Virus record (IMG/VR): IMGVR_UViG_3300027708_000032 | Location: 1 to 64,000 of that record | DNA length: 64,000 nucleotides | Source of the DNA: a virus | Strand: one strand, 5' to 3' | In this document: positions 26,846 to 36,086 of the stretch, piece by piece | Numbering within the stretch: the first letter of the stretch is position 1 | How the letters are laid out: each line of letters starts with the position of its first letter | The notes under the pieces: generated by a model | What the model saw: the letters and a program-made list of their open reading frames with translations, nothing else | What the model was told of the DNA's origin: nothing | Databases searched by the model: none | Made by a program: the position numbers and the translations under genes

Positions 26846-27207
26846 CCTTTTTAAAGAAACCAGACCCTAATAAAATTTATAGAAAAGAATTACCAAAGAT
26901 TAATACAGAAGGTCCTAAAAGTAAAAAACTTACTACATTTCAGATTATAAAAAATGGTATACTTGATATAGAAATGGAACCAAAAGAATATCATAAATAT
27001 GATACTATTAAAACTGAATTTAAAGTTTATTTATTTACATTTTTAATAGCTTTTGGTATGTTTTATGTGGCAATTCATAGTAGTATAACTAGTGGACCCA
27101 TAACAGAAACCCGAGATAGTTGGTTTGATAAAACAATTGACACTGTATTAAACTTTTTAGCAGATCAGTGGGATAATTTAACTGATAAAATTCAAAACTT
27201 ATTTTAA
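26842..27207 (+). CDS. hypothetical single-pass membrane protein
   Basis: Central TM VYLFTFLIAFGMFYVAI. Confidence 0.6.
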   Translation: MTFLKKPDPNKIYRKELPKINTEGPKSKKLTTFQIIKNGILDIEMEPKEYHKYDTIKTEFKVYLFTFLIAFGMFYVAIHSSITSGPITETRDSWFDKTIDTVLNFLADQWDNLTDKIQNLF

Positions 27208-27755
27208 TGACAAAAGAAGAATACAGTAGTTTAAAAGAAAACTACATAGATCATCTTACAGGTATGATGTCTGAAATAGGTAGCATACCTGCACACATAA
27301 CAGTGTTTGCAGATCATATAGATACTAAAGATTCTAAAAAACCAGCTCTTGTTCATATGCTTATACCACCTCATTATATGGAATCTGAAGATTCTAAAGA
27401 TAGGTTTGTTAATGAAGAGCTTCCACCAGCATTTAAAGCTATGAAACAAAAGTTCAAGCCTTATTGTATAACATGGGCAGCAGAAGCTTGGGTGAGAATA
27501 GCTGGTGCAGACTTTGATGTAGATAAACAAAACTGGAAAGCTATACCTATTAAGAAAGAAGTGGTTATAGTGAGTATGGAAACAGAAGATACTACTGAAA
27601 CTATTATATACAACATTCACAGAAACGGTAAACAAGTTACTAAAGATGGAGATATTGTAGATAATGTAACTTTAGAATTAGATGAAGATTTAAACCAAGG
27701 TGGAGCTGCTGGAGGCAGGTTTACTGGGTTATTTAGAACATTTAAAAATATATAA
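27207..27755 (+). CDS. hypothetical protein
   Basis: ORF track; AAEAW...KKEVVIVSMET...GGRFTGLF. Confidence 0.65.
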   Translation: MTKEEYSSLKENYIDHLTGMMSEIGSIPAHITVFADHIDTKDSKKPALVHMLIPPHYMESEDSKDRFVNEELPPAFKAMKQKFKPYCITWAAEAWVRIAGADFDVDKQNWKAIPIKKEVVIVSMETEDTTETIIYNIHRNGKQVTKDGDIVDNVTLELDEDLNQGGAAGGRFTGLFRTFKNI

Positions 27756-27756
27756 A

Positions 27757-27984
27757 ATGAGTTTATTAAACCTTTTTGGAAAAAGTAAAGCTTTACAACA
27801 AGAAGTTGAAAGTCTTAAAACAGCATTAGAAGAATGTAGTGGCAAACTTGCAGAAAAGCAAGAGCATATTAATACTACTAATGCCTATTGGAAAAAGAAA
27901 CTTAAAGAACAGCAAATGAGTGGTGAAAAGAAACCAAAAGCTAAAAAAAGCACAGGTTATCCAAAACCACCATTAGACGCTTAA
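27757..27984 (+). CDS. hypothetical coiled-coil protein
   Basis: Likely start MSLLNLFG (27757). Confidence 0.55.
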   Translation: MSLLNLFGKSKALQQEVESLKTALEECSGKLAEKQEHINTTNAYWKKKLKEQQMSGEKKPKAKKSTGYPKPPLDA

Positions 27985-28072
27985 TTATAGCTCTATTATC
28001 CACCTATTCTGTATAAACTATTAGTTTATTCAATATTATATTGTTATTTTTATAACAACATAATGTTTATCA

Positions 28073-28321
28073 ATGATTTATCAGTTACCAAACGGTAAAT
28101 GTATAGAGATAAGCACAGAACAGTTTATAGAAATGTCGGATGAAGAACTGGAGTATCTGATAGCTTATAACTATGGTGATGTAGTGGAGAACCCATGGCA
28201 CGGGTCTATATTAAATAGGCCAAGCAGTGTTATCGATGATGAGTATATACTACCAGATATCACAGACATACCAGAAATAGACAAGCTTATGGATTTAGAT
28301 GCTGATATAGAACCTGAATAA
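28073..28321 (+). CDS. conserved hypothetical protein
   Basis: MIYQLPNGKCIEIS...; acidic. Confidence 0.65.
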   Translation: MIYQLPNGKCIEISTEQFIEMSDEELEYLIAYNYGDVVENPWHGSILNRPSSVIDDEYILPDITDIPEIDKLMDLDADIEPE

Positions 28322-28394
28322 TAGTTTTCAATGTGTGTAGTCATTCCCTGGGTATAAACCTGGGGATTTTTATTTATAACAAAAAACAAAAAGC

Positions 28395-28865
28395 ATGAAC
28401 GAAAAAGTAACAGTTGCTGCTGACAAGAACGGAAACGTAATAGGCGTTTCTACAAACAACCCAGAGTATGGGTATTTACGTGTAGAACAAACAACTACAC
28501 AAATTAATGATGAAGGTTGGTTACGTAATGTAAAGAGATCCGCTCTTATCAAAGGTAAGGTGGAAGATTTAATGGGTACAGGTTACAAAGAAGGAACACA
28601 GATTCCTGGTAAGATTGTAGTACGCGAGAGTTTAGAACCATTTAATCCTGTTAATCCAGATAGAGATCTGAAGATTGCTGGTGATACTGGTGTTATATGT
28701 CGTATAGATGATCAGCCTATCTACAGGCAGACATTCTTTACTTCTAATCTTAATGCGTTTGATGAGTTAATTACTCATAATAACTCTGAAGAAATTAGAG
28801 AAGTACAAGCTGCACAAAGAGCTATGGTTAACTTAACTTCTGATAAAGAACCAGTTACTCTCTAG
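28395..28865 (+). CDS. conserved crAss-like protein (possible OB-fold)
   Basis: NPEYGYLRVEQ...GKIVVRESLEPF...KIAGDTGVIC...PIYRQTFF; followed by terminator. Confidence 0.55.
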   Translation: MNEKVTVAADKNGNVIGVSTNNPEYGYLRVEQTTTQINDEGWLRNVKRSALIKGKVEDLMGTGYKEGTQIPGKIVVRESLEPFNPVNPDRDLKIAGDTGVICRIDDQPIYRQTFFTSNLNAFDELITHNNSEEIREVQAAQRAMVNLTSDKEPVTL

Positions 28866-28884
28866 GATGGTTATGTTTTAGGTT

Positions 28885-28916
28885 AAAAAAGGGCTTGGGA
28901 AACCGAGCCCTTTTTT
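28885..28916. terminator. bidirectional intrinsic terminator
   Basis: AAAAAA-GGGCTTGG-GAAA-CCGAGCCC-TTTTTT. Confidence 0.85.
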
Positions 28917-28960
28917 ATTTATAGAAATTAGTATTATCTTTAACAACTAAATATTAAATC

Positions 28961-29482
28961 ATGAACTCTAACAAAACAGTTAGTGCTAACTCTAAAGGTA
29001 TAATTATATCTTATGGAGATGTTAACAAGCATATGTTTACTCACTATGAGAGTAGATATAGCTTTATTAATAAAATTCAGGTGGAGGGTACAAGTAAGTA
29101 CCAACATACTGAAACTAAACATTTTACGTTATTACAACAAGAAATGTATAACAAGATTGTATATGGCTTTTCTGCATATACAAAGGAAGAAATACAGCAG
29201 ATGTCTAAAACTAGTAAGTTTAACATCACTGTTACATACACCAAAGCTCACCGCATACTGAACCGCTGGAAGCAAGAACTTATAAATGAGAAGATAGATA
29301 GCTTACTTATAAAGCTATTTCCTAACTCTCCTATTATAAAGCAGATGACAGCTGTAAAAGGTTATGATGATAACCTAACCGTTAACACTACGTTTAAAGA
29401 TCTCGGAATAACCAGAGAAGCCATAGCTAACAAGCTTATGGAATATGGCTTCCTACCGAACAATTTTTATCAACTAACTTAA
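28961..29482 (+). CDS. hypothetical protein
   Basis: ORF track. Confidence 0.65.
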   Translation: MNSNKTVSANSKGIIISYGDVNKHMFTHYESRYSFINKIQVEGTSKYQHTETKHFTLLQQEMYNKIVYGFSAYTKEEIQQMSKTSKFNITVTYTKAHRILNRWKQELINEKIDSLLIKLFPNSPIIKQMTAVKGYDDNLTVNTTFKDLGITREAIANKLMEYGFLPNNFYQLT

Positions 29483-29491
29483 AACCTAAAC

Positions 29492-29740
29492 ATGGAACAC
29501 ATATTTGTTACCAATGGAACTGTACAGCTAATACTATCACCTGAAGATGACTTAGATCGTCTTCTTCTAGCAGAACTTTTAAAAGACGGACCCTTAGAAC
29601 TAGATACTATCAGACAACCTGTTAGTATATTGGGTAAGTCTGTAAAGGACGGATTAATCATTAGAAAAAAGAAAACAGATGCAGCAGAAACTAAAGATGT
29701 GTCGGGGCTGCCAAAGTCTAAAACACATATGGAAGTCTGA
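29492..29740 (+). CDS. hypothetical protein
   Basis: ORF track; overlaps the next gene by 62 nt. Confidence 0.6.
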   Translation: MEHIFVTNGTVQLILSPEDDLDRLLLAELLKDGPLELDTIRQPVSILGKSVKDGLIIRKKKTDAAETKDVSGLPKSKTHMEV

Positions 29741-30065
29741 CAAGAAAGATAAGTATTGTAAAGAATGCTGGTACAAAATAGAAAAGCCTAAATCTATAGC
29801 TCCTGTCTCTGAAAAGAGGCAGGTGGCTATGGATGAGTATTCTAAGAAAAGACTAGCATTCTTAACATTACATACTAACTGTCAAGCAAGAATGCCTGGC
29901 TGTACAGGTTTAAGTAATGACGTACACCATAAAGCTGGCCGTATAGGAGACAACTATCTAAACATGAACACATGGCTTGCTGTATGTAGGTCGTGCCATT
30001 CATGGATTGAGCTTAACCCAGATGCAGCTAAAGATCTTGGGTTTTCAGAGTCTAGACTTCAGTAA
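29679..30065 (+). CDS. HNH-type endonuclease with Zn ribbon
   Basis: CRGC...CKEC; C...C...DVHHKAGR...NTWLAVCRSCH. Confidence 0.75.
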   Translation: MQQKLKMCRGCQSLKHIWKSDKKDKYCKECWYKIEKPKSIAPVSEKRQVAMDEYSKKRLAFLTLHTNCQARMPGCTGLSNDVHHKAGRIGDNYLNMNTWLAVCRSCHSWIELNPDAAKDLGFSESRLQ

Positions 30066-30286
30066 TATATTACTTAAACACCCTATAATGTGTCATAAAA
30101 CACACAAAACAGGGCATAATAGGTATTATATTACTAGTTATAATGTATGTTATATGTAGCATTAATGACCCATTATGCTTAAAAGCATATTGTAGTATGC
30201 AATATTGTAAATGTCTTAAAAACCATACATTAAGTTAAAAACTTCAAAATATTTGGTATAATGATGGATATATTGTACATTGTATT

Positions 30287-30871
30287 ATGAAGACAAATTT
30301 AATTTATGGTCTCAGAGACCCTAGAAATGATGTATACTATTACATTGGTAAGACTACAGTAGGTTATGAAAGACCTCTTAAACACTTAACAAAATCTCAT
30401 AGTAAAACTGTTAACGATTGGGTAAACCAGCTTGAAAGTTTAGGTTTGGTACCAGCTGTTGATGTTATAGAAAGAGATATATTATTAGAAAATTTAACAG
30501 AAAGAGAGAAGTTCTGGATAGACTATCATTATGATTTAAATCCAGAACTTTTTAATATTCAATCACTACCTGAAACTATTAATAAAGTAAGAACTCAGGA
30601 TGATGATGCTAAGTTTAATTCTCTAGTAAGTTTAGTGCTTAACATAGGTAATATACTAAAAACTGAAAGAATGTCTAGAAAACTTACACAAGAGGAACTT
30701 GCAAAAAAATCTGGACTTCATAGAAGTACTATTTCATTATGTGAAGGTGGTAACAATGTAACAGTAGAAGCTATTAAAAAGTATTTAGCAGCATTAAAAG
30801 GTGTAGATATACTTACTAGAAATCTAGATTGTATTAGAGTTGGTAAATCCCACCAGAAAACAGTAAAATAG
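30287..30871 (+). CDS. GIY-YIG endonuclease fused to an XRE-type HTH
   Basis: LIYGLRDP...YYIGKT...R..KH...EREKFWI...FN; C-terminal LTQEELAKKSGLHRSTISLCEGG. Confidence 0.8.
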   Translation: MKTNLIYGLRDPRNDVYYYIGKTTVGYERPLKHLTKSHSKTVNDWVNQLESLGLVPAVDVIERDILLENLTEREKFWIDYHYDLNPELFNIQSLPETINKVRTQDDDAKFNSLVSLVLNIGNILKTERMSRKLTQEELAKKSGLHRSTISLCEGGNNVTVEAIKKYLAALKGVDILTRNLDCIRVGKSHQKTVK

Positions 30872-30964
30872 CTTTTTGTGATGATATTTACCTACATTTT
30901 AACCTATTTTGTAGATAATAAACAACAGTTTACGTAAACGTAAACAACCTAAAAAAGTAAACAT

Positions 30965-31348
30965 ATGACATCAATAGAATGGTTAATAGAACAATTAATG
31001 GAAAGAGGTTTCCAAGAAAAGAATTTTGAAATACTTAACCAAGCCAAAGAAATGCACAAGCAAGAGATAATAGATGCTGTTGATTCCAATTTTTCTTATT
31101 CTAGTAATGAATATCCTACATTGGGAGAACAATATTATCATAAAACTTTTGTAAGTAATGAAAGTAATAACCATATTTCTGACATCAGCAAAATGGTAGA
31201 AGTTCACCAACAAGAAATATCAGATGAAGAAATAGAGAAAGCAGCAAGAGATTATGACAACAGTGTTATTTATGGACCACCATTACTGCATTTTGAACAA
31301 GGTGCATTTTGGTATAGAGAACAATTAAAACAAGCTAAAAAAGATTAA
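30965..31348 (+). CDS. modular hypothetical phage protein
   Basis: TSIEWLIEQL..QAKEMHKQEII module plus EISDEEIE..WYREQLK module. Confidence 0.65.
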   Translation: MTSIEWLIEQLMERGFQEKNFEILNQAKEMHKQEIIDAVDSNFSYSSNEYPTLGEQYYHKTFVSNESNNHISDISKMVEVHQQEISDEEIEKAARDYDNSVIYGPPLLHFEQGAFWYREQLKQAKKD

Positions 31349-31350
31349 TT

Positions 31351-31605
31351 ATGATAATATCAGAAGCAATAAGTATCTTAAAGATACATCAGCAATGGAG
31401 ATTAGGTGCTGATATAGTAATGAGTGAACCAAAAGAGTTGACTGAAGCATTGGATGTGCTATTAAACCATTGTACTGATACCACAGAAATATCAGATGAA
31501 GAAATAGAGGATGTTGCTTGGGAAAGATATACAGGAGATTCTGCAAGACTTGCTTGGGTAGCAGCAATTAAATGGTATAGAGAACAATTAAAAAGTAAAC
31601 AATGA
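31351..31605 (+). CDS. modular hypothetical phage protein
   Basis: Shares EISDEEIE..WYREQLK module with the upstream gene. Confidence 0.65.
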   Translation: MIISEAISILKIHQQWRLGADIVMSEPKELTEALDVLLNHCTDTTEISDEEIEDVAWERYTGDSARLAWVAAIKWYREQLKSKQ

Positions 31606-31694
31606 AAAAAACATTAGTTATAACAATAATACTTTGGGAAACAGTTAAGTATGTTGTAAAAAAGATTTGGCAAAAAATAGTAAATAATTAAGTT

Positions 31695-31892
31695 ATGAGA
31701 GATCTACCACTAAATAAACAGCAACAGAAGGATGGATGTTTTAATCTATCTCTTTTTCTAGTATTCTTTATAATAGGATTAGCAATACTACACTATGCAG
31801 TAAATGATTCTGTATCTGGAATGATACAGTTTACAGCAGGGTTTGTTATAACTCTTATTATATTAAAAATTATAGACAAAATAATGAAATAG
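31695..31892 (+). CDS. small membrane protein (2 TM)
   Basis: Two hydrophobic segments. Confidence 0.5.
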   Translation: MRDLPLNKQQQKDGCFNLSLFLVFFIIGLAILHYAVNDSVSGMIQFTAGFVITLIILKIIDKIMK

Positions 31893-31939
31893 TAGAATAT
31901 TTTCCACTATAACACTAAAAACATAGAAAATTTTCCATT

Positions 31940-32125
31940 ATGGCACTAATATGTGACCCACCATCAGGGTGGAAATATGGGTTTCCTAAACCTATTCCTG
32001 AAGATAGAAGATATGACTCTCTAACTTGGTTAGTAGAAGAAGGTTATCCTCAAGAATTAATAGATGAACTAGGAGAACATTTCTACTGTAGGTATTGGGA
32101 ACAACCAGATAAAGATGTCAAGTAA
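31940..32125 (+). CDS. conserved small phage protein
   Basis: DPPSGWKYGFPK...WLVEEGYP motif common in environmental phages. Confidence 0.65.
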   Translation: MALICDPPSGWKYGFPKPIPEDRRYDSLTWLVEEGYPQELIDELGEHFYCRYWEQPDKDVK

Positions 32126-32232
32126 ACTGTAACAAAAACTTGACAAATCTGTTACTAATTTAAGGAAATTGGTCACAAATTTAGTAGATATTTGCGACAA
32201 AACTGCATGTAGTTTTAGTAAAAATTCATGCA
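32116..32232. repeat. array of four 27-30-bp imperfect dyad elements, mostly TG...CA bounded
   Basis: TGTCAAGT-N14-ACTTGACA; TGTTACTAATTT-N4-AAATTGGTCACA; GTCACAAAT-N9-ATTTGCGAC; TGCATG-N17-CATGCA. Confidence 0.65.
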
Positions 32233-32242
32233 AAATCTTATT

Positions 32243-32315
32243 AGTCAGGTAGCTCCAACTCTTAGAGCCTTTGCTTGTAGCAGAGAGTGTGTGGGTGAAA
32301 ATCCCACCCTGACTG
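32243..32315 (+). tRNA. degenerate tRNA, anticodon TGT (Thr)
   Basis: AGTCAGG TA GCTC..GAGC CTTTG-CTTGTAG-CAGAG AGTGT GTGGG-TGAAAAT-CCCAC CCTGACT G; no CCA; N26 missing. Confidence 0.65.
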
Positions 32316-32605
32316 ATTTTTTATATCTTTAACATCAGCTTAAACCTGACATATAACCTATGAAACATCTATTAATATTTCTTAGAATTACAGAAGACAA
32401 TGACTTTTACCACTTAGATGAGGGACTTACAAGAGTACCTTATTTTATAGCTGGAATATTTTTCATACTACTAATACTACGTCTAGTTGAAAATAAGAAA
32501 TAAAATAATATGTTGGTACATGGTGTTTATACATAGAATAGTCTATGTTAAGGATTCTGCTATACATCAATATATAAAACAAGAATATTGTAACCATTGT
32601 AATTT

Positions 32606-32809
32606 ATGAAAGCTACAGTAAAATTTAATAATGGCAACCTAGCCGTACTATGTTCTTATTGTCATAAGATAATTAAGACAGGAGCAGACTTAACTAATGA
32701 TGAGCTATTCTTAGTTCTATCAGAAGATGAAAACATGCTACCAGCACAATATTGTGAAACTTGTAAACCAAACGAAAATGGAACAGAAACAGACAACACC
32801 CCCAGTTGA
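32606..32809 (+). CDS. small Zn-finger protein
   Basis: KFNNGNLAVLCSYC...YCETC. Confidence 0.6.
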   Translation: MKATVKFNNGNLAVLCSYCHKIIKTGADLTNDELFLVLSEDENMLPAQYCETCKPNENGTETDNTPS

Positions 32810-32927
32810 TAAAAGAGATGAAGCTTTTCATGCTCTTAGAGAAATTATACTAGATGCCCCTACAGATGCAGAGTATAAAATTAAACTATTAAATGCATTA
32901 GGCATATACATAAAAACACTTACATAA
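32778..32927 (+). CDS. small hypothetical protein
   Basis: Likely start MEQKQTTP (32778). Confidence 0.5.
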   Translation: MEQKQTTPPVDKRDEAFHALREIILDAPTDAEYKIKLLNALGIYIKTLT

Positions 32928-33178
32928 TGGAAACAATAACTAAAATTACAGATGCAGAAGAAATATTCTGCTTTTTTAAATTAGGTAAAGAAGGTTCATT
33001 TATGACCTCTCTTATAAATGTCATCTTTAAAGGAGATGTACATAATCAAGCCAAGATTGCTAAAGGATATCCCGAACTTGTAGAAGTTATTCAGAGATAT
33101 GGTAGTGAAAGAGGCTATTGGAAAGACTTAGTAAACAGATGGAACAAAGAATATCCATTATTAAAACTTTATGAATAA
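32927..33178 (+). CDS. hypothetical phage protein
   Basis: GSFMTSLI..IFKGD..NQAKIAKGYPE motif. Confidence 0.6.
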   Translation: METITKITDAEEIFCFFKLGKEGSFMTSLINVIFKGDVHNQAKIAKGYPELVEVIQRYGSERGYWKDLVNRWNKEYPLLKLYE

Positions 33179-33561
33179 TGAGCCATCCCTTACACCACGC
33201 TATCTCTAGTAAAAAGAAACATGGAGGTAGTATAGAAGATTATATAAAATTACATAACTGGTTTGATGAAACTAAAGCACACTTTCCAGACATGCGTCAT
33301 AGAGCCCTCAGACACCACTCTGAGGGTATTTTTTGGCTAGAACAACAGTTTGGTACATATATAACCAACTCTGATGGTAAAATGGTACCAGTAAGAGCTA
33401 TAGGAGAACAACACGTTATGGAAGATGTGGGATTTATTCCCACTATAGCAGACTACCTAAAAGAAATGAACCAGGCTGGTTGGATGTATAAGCCTGGAGA
33501 AGGTAGAAAAGTATTAAAAGAAATTAGAGAAGAAAAATTAGATTACACAGTAAACATTTAA
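33178..33561 (+). CDS. DUF6915-like His-rich protein
   Basis: MSHPLHHAISS..HGG...HNWFDETK...RHRALRHHSEG...IGEQHVMED. Confidence 0.75.
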   Translation: MSHPLHHAISSKKKHGGSIEDYIKLHNWFDETKAHFPDMRHRALRHHSEGIFWLEQQFGTYITNSDGKMVPVRAIGEQHVMEDVGFIPTIADYLKEMNQAGWMYKPGEGRKVLKEIREEKLDYTVNI

Positions 33562-33563
33562 AC

Positions 33564-33815
33564 ATGGAAAAAGAATTTATAACAATAACTTATTATTTTA
33601 TAATAATACTATTTTATTATCTTATTGGTCTTCTTGTATCCATATTTAATATATGGTATTATAGATACTCAAAATGGAAAACCCAACCTAAAACATCAGA
33701 TGCTATTGCAGCCTTGTTAGGAGTTTGGGTGTGGCCTTTACAATTAATTTTATTTGTTTTAATAACAAAATATATTTGGAGAAAAAAGAAACCTCAACAT
33801 TTAAAAACTAAATAA
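33564..33815 (+). CDS. small membrane protein
   Basis: Two TM segments with WVWP. Confidence 0.55.
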   Translation: MEKEFITITYYFIIILFYYLIGLLVSIFNIWYYRYSKWKTQPKTSDAIAALLGVWVWPLQLILFVLITKYIWRKKKPQHLKTK

Positions 33816-33816
33816 C

Positions 33817-34521
33817 ATGAAAAAATCAATCTTAGCTTGGCTAAAAGAAAAAACTGATGAAGGTGGAGAAATTAAAATGAAATGGGAAGGTGGTGGAGAT
33901 AGTGGCTGGTGTTATTTTGAGATAGATGGTGAAACTATAGACAATGAGTATGCAGACTGTTTGTTACAAAGAATAGACAACACTCTTAACTATGGTTCAT
34001 GGGCAGGAGAGTTTAATGCTAGCGGTGAAGCTATATATGATCCAAAGAAGAATGCTTTTGAGGGTACAGACTTCTACGGAGAAGATACTAGTGAAGTGTT
34101 AGATGTAGACTTTACTGTTAGAGTTCCTAAAAAATTATGGTTTGATACATTACATGTAGAAGTAGAAGCTAACTATGATGATGAGCCACAAATGTCTGTA
34201 AGATTACTTGTAAAAAATGGCTTTCTAACTGATGAACATACAGAATTTTGTAGTAACTTAGAGACAGATTTAGGAAAAGATTTTACTGATCTTTTTGCTA
34301 ATTATAAGTCTAGTGAAGGTTATGAATTTAGCAGTTGTACAGACAGCTGGATATTAGAAAGAGCTGATGCTGTAGAGTCTGGTGATGATTTACTTTTCTA
34401 CATAAAACAAGTGGACATACAAGTAATGACCAATGAAGAAAGAGGTATAGTATTAGAACTAGATGAAGAAACAGTAACCGCTATTGACGAACAATTAAAC
34501 GAAGAAGAACATGCAGAGTAG
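33817..34521 (+). CDS. acidic protein with DUF6878-like N-terminus
   Basis: WEGGGDSG motif followed by YGSWAGEFNASG. Confidence 0.45.
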   Translation: MKKSILAWLKEKTDEGGEIKMKWEGGGDSGWCYFEIDGETIDNEYADCLLQRIDNTLNYGSWAGEFNASGEAIYDPKKNAFEGTDFYGEDTSEVLDVDFTVRVPKKLWFDTLHVEVEANYDDEPQMSVRLLVKNGFLTDEHTEFCSNLETDLGKDFTDLFANYKSSEGYEFSSCTDSWILERADAVESGDDLLFYIKQVDIQVMTNEERGIVLELDEETVTAIDEQLNEEEHAE

Positions 34522-35269
34522 TTATGCAAATTATAAATATGTAGTTAACGGTAGAGATGGATACCATCTTACAGCAGCACTAAGACTTTGGAAGACCAAG
34601 TATCAAGATGATATTAGAGACTTCTTTAAAGATGTTATTACACACGACCAGTTACAAGACTTTGGATTGTTTGTAGAAGAATGCTGGAACAGAATAGAAC
34701 CTGTCACAGTAGAAGAAGCTCTTCAACAAGAAAATACAGAAGACAGAAGAGTGTTCTTTGATGCTATTGGTATAGAAAAACTATTTAAGAGTCTTGATCC
34801 TAAACTTCTAGACAAACAAGTGATAGATAAGAATAGAACAAGATGGGATGATGAGCTTAATGAGTATACATATACGTTTGAAGATGTGTATGAACTATAT
34901 GAACTAGATGCTAAAAAGATGTTTAAAACAGACAGATGGGGTAATGAACCTAGAGAACATATTTATGCAGTTAGATGTTGGTGTACTACTACTAATAGAG
35001 AATATTGGTTGTATGTACCAAGAGAAGCAGCATTAGGTAGTACATGGTGGGCAGGTGATCAAGATAATGAAGCTAGAGCAGATGCTATCAGAGCTATAGC
35101 TTGGACTGTTAGAATAGATGTACCAGAAGAGAACGTAGAAAAGATATATAGACAAGGTGATATAATTGTAGCTAAAATGAAAGATAAAGCTAAAGCTACA
35201 GTATCTACTTTTAATCCATATCATCTTTCTAAAGAACAATATTTATCACTAATGTATTCAGAAACTTAA
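34511..35269 (+). CDS. DUF6745-like protein
   Basis: NTEDRRV...YAVRCWCTTTNREYWLYVP...AIRAIAWT; RQGD motif. Confidence 0.55.
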   Translation: MQSSYANYKYVVNGRDGYHLTAALRLWKTKYQDDIRDFFKDVITHDQLQDFGLFVEECWNRIEPVTVEEALQQENTEDRRVFFDAIGIEKLFKSLDPKLLDKQVIDKNRTRWDDELNEYTYTFEDVYELYELDAKKMFKTDRWGNEPREHIYAVRCWCTTTNREYWLYVPREAALGSTWWAGDQDNEARADAIRAIAWTVRIDVPEENVEKIYRQGDIIVAKMKDKAKATVSTFNPYHLSKEQYLSLMYSET

Positions 35270-35281
35270 AAAATAAAAATT

Positions 35282-35617
35282 ATGCCTAGAGGTAGAAAAC
35301 CAAAAATTAAAACAGAAGAAGCAGTAGTTAAAAAAGAAATTAACCAAGCTGCAGTAGATCTTAAAGTTCTTGAAATAGCAAGAATAAAAGAGATAGAAGC
35401 ATTATATACAGATTTAGCTAAGATTAAACATCAATTAAATTCAGCAGTATCTAGAATAGGTAATATTGATAGTTGTGAAAACTTAGCAGAAGCTGCATTT
35501 AAAGCAGGTTTAGCTTATAATCCAATAGATCAAGCTAATGATAAACTTGAGGAAATGCTAGAAAACTTATATGAAACTTATGACTTAGAACATTGGTCTG
35601 ATGTTAATGAAAACTAA
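35282..35617 (+). CDS. hypothetical coiled-coil protein
   Basis: ORF track. Confidence 0.6.
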   Translation: MPRGRKPKIKTEEAVVKKEINQAAVDLKVLEIARIKEIEALYTDLAKIKHQLNSAVSRIGNIDSCENLAEAAFKAGLAYNPIDQANDKLEEMLENLYETYDLEHWSDVNEN

Positions 35618-35719
35618 AAGTTATGCAAATTTTAGCAGGTGTAATAATATTAGTTCTTTATTCAGTTTGTGTATATGGACTAATAGATATTTTTAAACAA
35701 ATAAAAAAAATAAAATAAC

Positions 35720-35965
35720 ATGCAAAAAGCAAAACGTATTGTGTTAGGTGAGGGAGAAATCATCGGACACAAGCATATTCTAGAGTCTAAGAAAGACATG
35801 CAGTATTCTCAAACTACAGACAGCATAACTTTTATGCTGAAAGACATGGGTATTCTTACACATGATGAACATGATAAGATGGTGTTTCCTAAAGGTAAAT
35901 ACAGATCATACAATCAGGTGGAGTTTAACCCATTTGATAACACAGTACAACGTGTATTTGACTAA
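35720..35965 (+). CDS. small His-motif protein (LGEGE..GHKH...HDEH)
   Basis: Motif usually seen next to DUF6745-like genes in phages. Confidence 0.6.
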   Translation: MQKAKRIVLGEGEIIGHKHILESKKDMQYSQTTDSITFMLKDMGILTHDEHDKMVFPKGKYRSYNQVEFNPFDNTVQRVFD

Positions 35966-36086
35966 TGAAAAAGTATAATAGGTTAGTTATTATAATTTAC
36001 ATTATAATAAGTTTAATAACTGCATATTCAGTTATAGCCTTTCTACTTTTTATAAATTGGTTATTACACTTAAGACACTTTATAAA

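Noticed and set aside
31214-31593. Diversity-generating retroelement TR/VR pair
   Set aside because: Differences between repeats are not adenine-specific and no reverse transcriptase is in the window
30088-32232. CRISPR or mini-CRISPR array
   Set aside because: Units are dyads of differing sequence; no identical repeats with regular spacers and no cas genes
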